Assembly (NCBI GenBank): GCA_004022145.1
Contig: RCNU01000009.1
Source of the DNA: Paecilomyces variotii
Lineage: Eukaryota
Strand: one strand, 5' to 3'
Length of the DNA stretch: 64,000 nt
The notes beneath the pieces were generated by a model. It did not search any database, was not told where the DNA came from, and saw only the letters and a program-made list of their open reading frames with translations. Positions 1 through 11,800 of the stretch are shown here, piece after piece. Each line of letters opens with the position of its first letter. Position 1 is the first letter of the stretch. The position numbers and the translations under genes were made by a program.

Positions 1-3000
1 AGGCAGGTGGCTCAAAGAATCGATGAGGGTTTCAACCGACTGCTGTTGGCTCACGTCACAGGGTTTGACGATAATATTGGTGCCATTTTTGGCCAATTCG
101 TCGATTAGAACTTGTACCTTGCTGTCAATCTTGCCGGAACGTGAAACTAGAACAACATTTCGCGCCCCCTTGGTGGATAGCCATTTTGCCATACTGCGGC
201 CCAAACCACCTGTTCCACCAATGAGGATGTAGGTTGCATCCGGGTTCAATAGAGCAGAATCAGTTCTGGGCGTCAAGGCCTTGTAAACGATTAAACAAGT
301 TAGTAACGATGGTTAACGATCAAAAGATTGCGAAGATCACCCACTTTAACCTGGTCACCTTCTCGAGGCACCACCACCAATTTTCCAATGTTCCTCCCTG
401 TCTGTAGTGTACGGAATGCCGTTTCTAGCTCGGAAATGCCGTATGTAGTAAGAGGGGTGATGGGCCGCACGATTTTCTGCTTAAAGAGTGTGGAAATGTC
501 TTCAAGAAGACGCTTCATCAACTGCGGACGGTATTTCGCAACCTTCGTGAGGTCAACAGACGCGAATGAGACGTTGTACTCGAAGGGGAACATGTCTAGG
601 CGGCTGTTCTTCGTAATGTCTGCCTTTCCAATCTCAATGAAACGCCCAAATGGAGCGAGGCATTGCCAGGTTTCTCGTAGAAGGTCACCTGCGAGAGAGT
701 TGATAACGACATCCACGCCCTTATTGTTGGTTGCTCGTCGAAGCGCGGGTCCAAATGACGCATTACGACTGTAGAAAATTCGATCCTCGGGGATGGAATG
801 GTGAGTTTTCAAGAATTCCTTCTTGTCCACACTGCCCACAGTGACATAAATATCGGCTCCAGCCATCTGTGCCAGCATGATTGCTGCTTGACCAACACCA
901 CCAGCACCGGCATGGATCAAGACACGGTCACCGGGCTGTAGTTTTCCCAGGTCGAAGAGGCCATAATACGCTGTGCAGAAGACCACTGGGAGAGTTCCAG
1001 CTGTCTCGAACGGCAGTTCATCTGGAATCTCAACGACGCTGGTGCTCGGGGTTCGCGCATAAGTAGAATATCCGCCTTCTACCAGTGCCATCACTCGTTT
1101 GCCAACCTGGATTTCCTTGACGTTTTTACCGATTGCGGATACAACGCCACTGCATTCAATCCCGATGTATGGTTGTGATAACTGTCCCATAGATACCACA
1201 ACGTCCTTAAAGTTGACACCGGTCGCTTTTACTTCGATCTCGACTTGGTCGTCACCCAGGGGAGTGACGATATCGTCTTCAAAGTATAGACTATCAAGCG
1301 AGCCAGGGTTCTGTACTTGAACTTTGAATCGTCGGCCATGTTGAGTGAAAGGTTGAAGGGTCAGTGTCTGTCCATTAGTTTCGTTGTGGACAAATGCATT
1401 CGTATTATCGTCAGGAACCGCGCGCAAGACCAACAACTGCGAGTTTTCTGTCTTGAACTCCAAGTCTTTTGTTGGCTCGGAACCATCAATGGGCCAGAGA
1501 GCATCCATGGCGGCTATTATCGGGACGTATGCCAGATCAACATCTTGCGGACTAAGTCCCAGTGTCGCGATTTTTGCCAGAGTTTCTGACCGGACTGAGC
1601 GAGTAAGCCCAACCGTCATCTGCGCATCTGGCTTGTCGCTGCGGTAAACCCAGAGTATATTGGCGCCACTAAGCAGAATATTCTTGATAGCGTCAAAAAG
1701 ATAGCCGGTAAGATGGCGTAGTGAGCTGTCCCGTGTTTGAACAATGATAACGTTTTTCCCAGTGAAGTCAACAACATCACCCAACCCAAAGACAGACGGG
1801 CGGCTCTCTGCCAGATGGCCAATGACATCAGCAAGTTCGTCAGCGACCTGAGCAGAGTCGCCAAACTTGACAATAACGACATCATGTTGTGTAGCTTCAG
1901 CAGTGCCTTTTCCATTGGGAGTTGCATGCCCATTTGTTGTGGTTTGGCCATTGAGATCAGCGTGATGTGTAAGTACGACGTTTCCATTGCCATTGGTATG
2001 CCCGTTGCTATAGGTATGGTTATGGGACGAGCCGTTCGTGATTGACACTCCATTTGTATTACCATTGCCATTTGATAGCAAGGTATGGCCGTTGGTATCC
2101 TCACCACGGCTGTGGCTATCAGAGGAGCCATTCGTAATCGATGCACCATTTATGTCGCCGTTTCCGTTTGCTGGCAAGGCTTCTTCCAGAGGTTGCCACT
2201 GGAACTTGTAACATAGCTGCCGTATGTCTTCATTTCTACCAGCACCGGAGTCCCGGATTGGTGTCATAACAAGGCCGTGCAACACGATCAGTGGCTTCGT
2301 TGACTTCTCTGGAAGTGCCAGAAGATCGAAATTAGTCGGCTCCGGGATAGGGAGGTTGGGATTGCCAGTTCCGTAGACTTTGACATAGTCACCAGGTGAG
2401 TGTGGAACATCTTTACTGATCGTTGCATGCTTGATCATAGTTGGCATGTATAGGGTATCCAGGTCCATGTTACCATGGCCCAATATCGGCCACACAAGAT
2501 GAAGCAAGCCATCCAGGAAAGCTGGATGAATCGTCAACTTTGGTTCGAAGCCTTTTGGCATGATACTCTTGGTGTCCCTGATGTACAGATCAGCGAGGGA
2601 ATGATGAGAATCCGCAAAGCAGTTCTCTAGTCCTTGGAAAGTGGGACCATATCCTGCACCTAAGTCAGTTAACACTTGATAAAGATGTTCCGACTCGACC
2701 CTTTGAGTAGAAGCCTGCTCTACTTTGGATATTTGCGCTTGGATGTACTTTTCCTCGCTCCCCACGGCACTGGAAATGGCATCAACATTGCTGTCCGCGT
2801 CTGGTCGTACCGCAATAAGGCCAGAACAATGTTCGGTAAAGCCACGTTCTGTGTCCCACGAGTAGATGCGAAATTCGTCCCAGATATCCGATGAACCTCT
2901 AGTTCCTTCGGCGTATCGCCGGAGAGAGATGATAGTCTCGACATCTGACTCATCACTGAGGACAAGTGCAGATCCGACGATGACTTCACGCAATTGGAAC

Positions 3001-6000
3001 TGGGAGAATGTTACCCCGCGCTGCGCTGCAAGTCTTTGAGCAGCTTCAAGGGCCATGGTCAACTATATCATTTGGTTAGCAGTTGCTTTCAAAATAGTAT
3101 ACCATCATTCTATCAACTTACATAGCCAGCAAGGGGGTACACTGGCACGCCCTGCATCTTATGCTCTCGGAGCCATGGTATATCGTCTAGACGGACAATA
3201 TTTCGCCATGTTGGCTCTAGGTCGTTCGAATAATTTGCTACGACGCCCAAAACGTCGCTTCTCGGGCCATCTCGAGTCTTGTGCTTCCGAGCAATGCGAG
3301 GTTCGTGCCAGTACCGATTTGTATGTTGCCAGGGATAGCGAGGAAGATCAGTCAGGAAAGAACAATCCTTGGCTCCCGAGCAGGGGAAGTTGATTTCTGT
3401 CATGTTCAGAGTCGCTCCTCTTACGTAGGCAGCGGCAGCGGTATTCAAAATCGATTCCGCTGCGTCCGCATTACGCACAATGGTGGGACTGTAGGAAATC
3501 TTCGAGGCGCTCGAGCCCAAGTTTTTCAGTGTTTCTAAGATAGGACCCTTCAGAGCGGAATGCGGTCCAATCTCAATCAGCAAATTTGGCTTTGCGTCAT
3601 CAGCAACCAGTGCAGATAGAGCATCCGGAAACAATACTGGAGATGTGAGATTTTGCACCCAATATGAAGCGTCCAGTTCAGAAGGCTCTGCGACCCGGGC
3701 AAGGACTGATGAACAAAATGTAGCCTTTGACGAAATAGAAGGCTCGATGGACGCGATCGCTGCCAGATATTCGGTGGAGACGTTCTTCATATGATCAGAG
3801 TGGTACGCAACATCGATCTTCAAGCGCCTGTTGAAGATTTGTCTCTCTTGCAGTGTCTTCTCCAGCTCGTCAATAGCTGGCACGTCTCCAGACACAGTCA
3901 CACTACCGGGGCTGTTCACACACGCCACAGTTGCGTAACCTTCACGGAGCATCTTAAGCAGAGGCCGAATTGTCTCAGGACTCGCGCCAACAGCTATCAT
4001 AGTGCCTTTCAGAGTAGGAAACGATTGTTTCAACAATTGAGTCATCTGGCCGCGCCGGTAGGCAAGAGCCATCGCTGCCTCCATGTTATACACTCCAGCA
4101 GCATAAGCGGCACTGATTTCGCCGGAGCTATGGCCCACGACAGACGTAGGGCGAATAGACCATGACTCCAAAAGATTAACGAGAGCAATCTGGAGAGCAG
4201 TACAGGCGGGTTGACTCAAGTGAGGAGAATTGATATTTGACTCGGCACGATCTTTCCGCAGCTCCTCAATGAGCGAGAACTCTGCGCCCAGATCCCGGAG
4301 GACTCGATCGGCCTGCTTGAGGGATTCTGCAAATACGGGATATTCGTCGATGAGGCCAACACCCATCTCAGCCCACTGGGCACCCTGTCCGGTAAAGACA
4401 AAACCAATTGTTGGGCGCCCTTGAACACGGGCCGCGTTAATCTTCGCCTGGGCTAGTTGTATACCCAAGTTATCGAGCGAAGTGGCTGAAAGGGCAATCC
4501 TGTATGAAAGATGGGACATCTTGTTGCCCACTGTGTAAGCAAAGTTACCGAAGAGGGCTTTTTCGAACACTTCCGGCCGCTGTTCAAAATAAACACCAAA
4601 GTCTTTGACTTTGGTCTGCAACGATTCTTTGTCGCTAGCCGATATCAAGATCAACTTGCGCTTGGGGTCAGTATGGGTTTCAGAATCTGCCGTTTTTTCT
4701 GGTGTTTCTTCAGCGGGTGCTTTCTCGAGGACTACATGCGCATTGGTGCCTCCAAATCCGTAGTTAGAAATGCTGATATATTTCTTGCCCCGGGGCCATG
4801 GTCTTGTTGATGTGAGAACCTGATCAAGGTTAGACATCGATATTGTCAATAAAAAGAATGCGACCAACTCACCTTCATATTCCATTCATCAAGGGGGATA
4901 TTTGGGTTGGCTTTGCGGAAATCTGCATTGGGAAGTACTAGCTGGCGGTCCAGCATCATGGCTGATTTGATAATCGAGATGATTCCACTTGCGCCCTCCA
5001 GATGTCCTACATTGGATTTCACAGATCCAATGTAGAGCGGATTCCTGGGAGTGCGGCCATGTCCAAGCGCAGCATGGGCAGCTGCTGCCTCAATTGGATC
5101 ACCCACTTTAGTTCCTGTGCCGTGCATCTCTACAAAACCGCATTCAGCTGGATCGAGATGGGCCTCTTGGTACACACGGCGGATCAACTCTTCCTGCGCA
5201 CTTCCATTGGGCAAAGTGATTCCCTGCGTCCGACCGTCTTGGTTAACGCCAGAATTTGCAATGACAGCCCGAATCGGATCTTTGTCCCGCAAAGCAGCGT
5301 CGAGTGGTTTCAGCAAGACAACGCCTGCACCCTCTCCTCGCGCAAAACCCGATACTGCTCGTTCATCGAACGCATATGTTTTGCCGTCATCGTTGAACAA
5401 CCTAATCAGAATTTAGCTTTGACCCAGACGAGGTTAACGACAGGAACACTCACTGTGATAGAGACATGGAGACAAAAAGGTCTGGCAGGATATTCAGCCG
5501 GCACCCTGCCACCAGTGCCTCTTTTGACTCTCCATTACGCAAGCTCTGGACAGCATAGTGAAGAGCAACAAGAGATGAGGAGCAGGCAGTGTCGACAGTG
5601 AGACTTGGACCTCGAAGATTGAAGAAATAGGAGATGCGGTTGGACTGGAGCGATGTTGCACAGCCGGTTGCTTGGTACATGGGAATTGTCTCGACATCTC
5701 GCACATTGTGCTGCTCGTAGTCTGCGACGTTTCCGCCGACGAACACGCCGACTTGTCGTCCGGAGAGTGATTCCTTGGGGATCCCAGCAGACTCGAGTGC
5801 CTCGTAGGAGCACTCTAAGAGCAGCCGTTGCTGCGGGTCCATAGAAATGGCTTCCTGAGCTGACACGTTGAAGAAAGGAGCATCGAAGCGGGCAGGATCC
5901 TGGTCAAGGAAATAACCTCCTGCCTGATTGAAGGTGCCGGTCTTAGAGGGATTTGCATGGTGGTATGCTTCAAAAGAGAAGCGGTCTTTAGGAATTGGTG

Positions 6001-6157
6001 ACCAGCCAGATCGTCCACGGGTGCAGAGCTCCCAGAGATCAGTGGGAGAGCTGACCTGGCCAGGCAACCGACACGCATAGCCGATGATGGCGATGGGCTG
6101 GAGCGCCTTTGGAGGAGCTCCAGCATCAGCAAAAGGGGGAAGTTCTTCCGCGCCCAT
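1..6157 (-). CDS. Highly reducing iterative type I polyketide synthase (KS-AT-DH-ER-KR; ACP beyond the left edge), 3'-partial
   Basis: Exons 6157-5454, 5401-4873, 4819-3122, 3062-345, 279-<1 joined by GT..AG introns. Motifs: KS DTACSSSL, EMHGTGT, KSNVGHLEGASG; AT GHSSGE and VAYHS; DH HKMQGVPVYP; ER LIHAGAGGVGQAA; KR YILIGGTGGLGR. No cMT motif between DH and ER. Confidence 0.96.
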
Positions 6158-6686
6158 GCTGTCAGATTCGTGCTAGTACGTGGGAAGATAGAAAGAAGAA
6201 GTTGATGGAGAAACAGGAGTCCGGCAATACATGGTTGTGACTCGCTTCTTATAAACACATTTCAGCATATACTCTCGGGATATACACCTAAACCAATATA
6301 CCGCCGTGGAACTCGTCCCCGGGTCCTACTCCAAACTCTGGACCAGTTGAGAGCCTAGAACCCCCCTGCCCCCCTGTTTTAAACTTTTCCCTCCTTGAAA
6401 TTCTCTCTATCTACCGCATTGGCTTCGGCCTATGATATCTTCGACTAGGGTCACGGGCTTCACATGCACCTCGCCGGACGTTAATGAATCCAAAAGCAAC
6501 AAGGTCCTGTCCCTGAGTGCCATCTTACCAAGGCGATAATAATAAGATCCACCTGATGAATACTAAGAAAGCATAATTCATCGACTATCATCCGTACTGG
6601 GCCATTGATATCCATCCCCGTGCCCTTTAATGTGATGCCGCCTCGAAACAACGAGCGATTTAGTGATAGTATGAACGTTTATATTA

Positions 6687-6870
6687 TAACATAAGCGCTG
6701 ACACATAACACAGGCGCATACTTTTAGCATAGGCGCTTAGATTTAGCACAAGCACTTACAGGTAGCACAAGCGCTTACGGATAGCACAAGCGCTTACATG
6801 TAACTAGCATAGGCTGTTACATCTGACTAGCATAAGCGGTTACATTTGACTAGCATAAGCACTTACATGC
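6687..6870. repeat. Imperfect tandem array, 9 units of TA(G/A)CA(C/T)A(A/G)GCGCTTACA-like sequence
   Basis: Units start at 6687, 6706, 6725, 6744, 6763, 6782, 6805, 6828, 6851. Period is 19 bp, then 23 bp. Confidence 0.9.
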
Positions 6871-7637
6871 ATTCTTATCAGACAAGACAGAGAGCTAACT
6901 ATGAGTCCAGGACCGTTTATTGGGCGTTGCACGGAGCAGCGGAAGTGAGACGAATAGGGGACTGAGCGTACTATTCTATCACATCAAATGCATCAAGTGC
7001 ATGCATCTACGCACCCGCATTAGTGGTTTAAAGAGTGGATTCTTGACATATTGATCAAAATCATGATTTAAATGGCGCGTGTATCTAAAATATCATCTTT
7101 AACTTTCCTAGAAGGTCCGTACCAAGTTCTGCGACCTCTATACAGTTTGGGGACCTGCACAACAGATAATTAGCACTTCTCTTTGCAGGGGTACAGATGA
7201 GGCTTAATTTCCAGCCAGTAAAAATCCCCGTGTAGATGTCAAGGATAACGGTTCTGCCAAGTCCTGCAGGCCATCGTGAAGATCATCGCAATCAGGATTC
7301 AGGATAGTCGCATGCACGTGTACCAGGCGGGAACTCGGGGATTAACGGCGTTCTTGCAGCTGAATTGGTACCACGTTTCAATCCAACTATAATCCAACAA
7401 CATTATAGTGTACTACGCGGTAGCGGAACTATATTTCACACGCTTATCAAGCGTAGCTCGACCTTAGAATTGGGAACTTCGCCATGGATAGCCTATATAG
7501 CCGAATCTTGTTCTCGCAGTTTTCCTTGTAGCTTCATTCCTGCTATCCCATTGCAAAGCCTCATCGAGTTCCACTCAGACTAGCTTCCAATCCTTGCGGT
7601 GTCCTGGTATCGAGCTCCCAGCAACTTACTGAGCAAG

Positions 7638-8660
7638 ATGCGTTTCTTGTGTCTGCATGGTGCCATTGGCAGCATTACGGTAGGTACATCGGCAAAACAT
7701 ACTTCCTCCTGGGGCAATTGCGTGCTCACTTTCCTATGTATGCATACTGACGAATGTTCAGAACATCAGCATCCAACTAGGTGACTACCAAATTGTATCT
7801 CCTGAAATCGCAAGTTCTCTAACCTGAGCTTCTCTCCAGCGCCACTGGAGAAGGAACTCGAACCGGACCAGACAGCATCATTTCATTATATCAATGGTGC
7901 AGTAGTTGTCTCTCCACCTCCAGGTTCGTCACATTATCAGGAATGTAACGTTACTGTCATTGGCATGCTAAACAGACTTCATTTATAAAAAACAGGATTT
8001 GATGAGTACTTTGGCATTGGTCCACACTATCGATGGATAGACGATGGTGGTACTGCGGAAGATTCCATGATCGCGCGTATTCGACAGCTGCCAGCCGGTG
8101 ACAGCCCCGAGGATGTCATGCGAAACCTGACAGGAGGTCGTGAGGATGGCGCTTGGAGGAATCGGCAGCAAGTGATGGATATCCTCTACGGGGAACTGGA
8201 AAAAGACCCCTCGATCGAAGGAATTATAGGCTACAGCGAAGGCTCGACGGTAGCTGCATCCTTCATTCTCGATGAGGAGCGGAGACTAGAAGAAGAAGGT
8301 CGACCGCGACGAATCAAATGCGCCATGTTTTTCACCGGATGGCCCCCAATCAGCAAGGAAGGCAAGATTCTTCTAGCGGATGACAGTGACTGTTTTCTCA
8401 ATATCCCTACACTACATGTGATAGGAGCTAACGGTACTGTTCCTTTCCCACCCTCCTTTCTAGTCCAAGGTCTGGCAGCTAACCTAATGATAGACCCATA
8501 CCGCGACGGCGCTCTTGCCCTGTACAATGTGTGTGATCCTGATGCTGCTGTTATCTTTGACACTGGCAAAGGTCACACAATTCCTCGCGCAGGGATGGTT
8601 ATTACGGAACTAGCGAACGCAGTGCGGAACCTTATTGGGGTAGCTCGCCAGCAAGAATAG
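7638..8660 (+). CDS. FSH1/LovG-family serine hydrolase (probable trans-acting polyketide release enzyme)
   Basis: Exons 7638-7679, 7762-7780, 7840-7923, 7996-8433, 8494-8660. N-terminal MRFLCLHG, nucleophile GYSEG, acid GANDPY (spliced), base KGHTIP. Divergent from the PKS. Confidence 0.92.
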
Positions 8661-9321
8661 TATAGTAGCTAGCTTCATTTCCAGTGATTTATTCACTGTC
8701 ACAATCAATCGGAACGAAGTGCGTGATATATGATTACTGCCCAGATTTAGGATAGAACGCCAAAAACCTTAAAATTAATGTTGCGAAGAGCATCCAATGG
8801 CTTCACGTACCATGACGGGTAAGTATATGCTTGTCCAAAGTCAGGACTAGTTTAAACGGTTAGCACTGCAGATCAACCTTAAAGCCTGTGCGAGTGTGCC
8901 TCATCAGGCTGACAATAACTAGCAAGTTAACTACCTAAGGTAACTAACATGGTCCCCTAACTAACCCTCTTCTTGTCCAGGGACAGAGGAGTAACCCGAA
9001 CACTATACAGAACCTTATCTTTCCACCAGGGTCATTTGATCAAATCTTCCGCATTATGCCTCAGCTAGATGCGCCTTTCAGTTTTTGTCTCCTGAAGTGC
9101 CAAACTTACTGGCAACTCTAATTTCGCAAAGACAGCAAGGTTGATTGGACCTGCATACTGCCAAGCAGGCTTGGAGAACAGACCCTTGGTTAGAACACTT
9201 CCCAAGCCAAGCTGTCGATAACGTCTCTCGGTATTTCTTCCGTTGAAGCTAATTTGGTTCTGCCATTTCCATGACCCCGATTCTGCCCGACCGAACTCCA
9301 GCCGGCGGTTTCCTCGATGCA

Positions 9322-9991
9322 ATGAGCTACTCTCAGTGGCTCGTACCTATACTGAACGTCGTTTCGATTTCGCCTCCAGCGCCACCACGTGCTTACCTAA
9401 CTGCTGGCGCGCAAAGGGCGTCTGCAGCTCAATAATGTGGATCGGGCGTTCAGACCATTCTGGCTCGGAGTCAAGGTGCCGACAATGATCTCGGCGTGGT
9501 TACGACCATCCAATCTCTCCTATTGAAAAGTATCAATGGATCCACTAGTACAACATTGCCTTATGACCATGGCAGTTTGGATAAGGCAACTGCCGTCCAT
9601 AACAGCGCGCTATTGTTGCAAGAGTACGTCTAAGAAAATGTCAGGAGCAATCCGGCCTCCCATGATTTCATCCTTGCTAGAATGATGAAATTCTCCTTCA
9701 TATTCACATGTCTATAGAAACTCCCATTATTACTACCAGTATATAATAGCTGCTAGGGCGCGGTTCTCAGGATGGACGCTCTTCGTGGAACCAGTGCTGC
9801 TGGACTATGGCCCATTGATTCTCTGGGTCCTACGTATAGTAACGACAGTGAGTGATTTATTCCTGTGGAAATGTAGACATAAACGAAGGCAGACTAAAAC
9901 TATAAAACAAGTTATCATTGCTGTTGCTTACGGAGACGAGACCTATGTTCCTAGTCAACCCTAAAATGATGGGACCTGTAAACTTGGAAGA
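9322..9991 (+). pseudogene. Degraded cutinase/acetylxylan-esterase (CE5)-like gene
   Basis: Frame from ATG 9322 reads AAQ*CGSGVQTILARSQGADNDLGVV..INGSTSTTLPYDHG..LLLQEYV*. Later segments read GAVLRMDALRGTS (9757) and VIIAVAYGDETYVPSQP*NDGTC (9911). Stops at 9433, 9631, 9962; GYSxG motif not recognisable. Confidence 0.65.
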
Positions 9992-10214
9992 GTAAGTGGC
10001 CAATCTATACTAAACGCCTTGCACAGTCAGGATTTACTTCGATCCACGGTGTAAAATCCCTCATGTTCATCCCATATCTGATCGAGGAACGACTATGACC
10101 ACGAGAAACATCATGGTACATAATGCCTAACGCGAATTTGTCTATGATCTACGGCGCCGGGAATTTGAATCTATTCCACCACGTGCGTTTGTATCACTGT
10201 GAGGAAAGCATTGC

Positions 10215-10266
10215 GTATAATCCGAGGCTATCACATTGCCGTATAATCCGAGGTTATCACATTGCC
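10215..10266. repeat. 26-bp tandem duplication (GTATAATCCGAGGYTATCACATTGCC x2)
   Basis: Two adjacent copies, one mismatch. Confidence 0.9.
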
Positions 10267-10660
10267 AGTCTTCGCGTTCCCATCATCATTGCGGTGCTCA
10301 GAGGACGAAAGGACAAGCTATCAAGTAAGGGGAAGTAGAAGGACACGGATACCAAGACGTGTTGACACCGAGGGTGTGCAATAGAAACCCGATCAGCGAA
10401 GATTCAATTGACAAATCCTTGAATCCATCTTTCATCAACTGAGACTCGAATGGAGGCTTTATGATCGTTCTTATTCAATTGAGAATAGTCTTCGGCGTTT
10501 AGCTATGACTAGAAAGGAGAATAGGAGCTGTTGATCCATAAAGTATAGTCATCGCGCGGTGTTGATACACACTGACCGGGTGTAACGACAACCATGTATG
10601 TTCCACTACGATTGACCAGTATGATTTCATAGTCTGCGGCAATGATGTAATATATAATGA

Positions 10661-10721
10661 TAGAGATCTAGGCAGACCAACAAGGAATTCTCCTTTTTGG
10701 TCGACTGGCAGAAAGCCATCA
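10661..10721 (-). repeat. Dispersed ~61-bp hairpin repeat, copy A
   Basis: Reverse complement matches 58755-58817; the first 32 nt are identical. Confidence 0.9.
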
Positions 10722-11209
10722 TATAACGAGTTCATTGCACCGCATTAGGCACTTAACCTACTAGTCCTGCAGCTTACCTAAAATGAAGCTGTCAATGTTC
10801 CACGGTGCGTTACACTGCTCGAGTCATGATTGATCATTGTATGATAATGCTGGGGTAGGAAAATAGCTTCTCCGCGCGGAGTAGATAGATGCTACTATCC
10901 AGGGCAGCTTTGTGCTTAAAAGTATTCAGCGCTATGGATCTTGCGACGGAGTTTTGGACCTCCACATGTTGATATTAAGTAGCATCCGACATGTCCTTTT
11001 CCCGAGAGTATAAAATAACCCATCTTCCCCGAAGACGCGTTAACCACTGCAGATTTTCATAACATTTACCATTTCTATTGACAATATGGCATTATTTCGA
11101 TAATCTCATCCTGGTCCGGAACAATTCGCTAGGATCTGCTTGGGACGATACTAATATGAGAAGTGAGGTGGACCTGCAGCCAAGTCCGAAATTACTAGTC
11201 GCAAGGACC

Positions 11210-11800
11210 ACGAGTTCATCAAAGCCAACTCTTATCACCGTGCACGGCGCGTTTAATGACTCAAAAACCTCGAGCCATTGATGCAGCGAGTTAGCGATGT
11301 CGGATATAGCTCCCTATACTCGCTTTACATGCGCGGCCTGGAAGTACTGCCAGTCTAGCAGAGAATGAAAAGGTCGTTCGCTCCACAAGTCTAGAAGTGC
11401 CAGAAGGTGAAAAGACTGCGTTATGGTGGGGTACTCATACAGAGCTGTGCCGGCGTAGCAAGCACTGGAGGGACTTGGGAAGAAGCACAAAGGTGACAAA
11501 CCTGGGGCGGTGAAAATGGTCTATATCGATGGGAACCTTTCAAAAGTGGGAGGATCACTTGCAGCGGTTACAGGCCTGGCAGGAAGCAGATATAATTACA
11601 CCTGGTGTGATAACCGATATGAAGGTTGTTTTCTGCAGCTATCATTTTCGGTGTGACCCCCTTTTTAGCGCATCGTATGCCTCTAGGATGGACTGTTCCA
11701 CTTCGTTGGAGGGAAAGATCACTTCTATAACCATCAACCCGAGAACGCGAGAAAGGAGCTGTACGTGACAACCGAAGTCACAATATCTACAGTAAGTACC
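11210..11800 (+). pseudogene. Degraded alpha/beta-hydrolase (Abhydrolase_6-like)
   Basis: TSSSKPTLITVHGAF, frameshift to LEPLMQRVSDVGY, then DCVMVGYSYRAVPA*QALEGLGKKHKGDKPGAVKMVYI (decayed GHSYG elbow, TAG at 11456), then DGLFHFVGGKDHFYNHQPE. No ATG at the expected start. Confidence 0.7.

Noticed and set aside
328-5844. Plus-strand ORFs overlapping the PKS (and similar antisense ORFs over MFS, SEY1, RCF2)
   Set aside because: Antisense shadows of real coding sequence.
6687-6870. CRISPR-like appearance of the repeat array
   Set aside because: Variable parts are only 3-7 nt, repeats are degenerate, context is eukaryotic and there are no cas genes.
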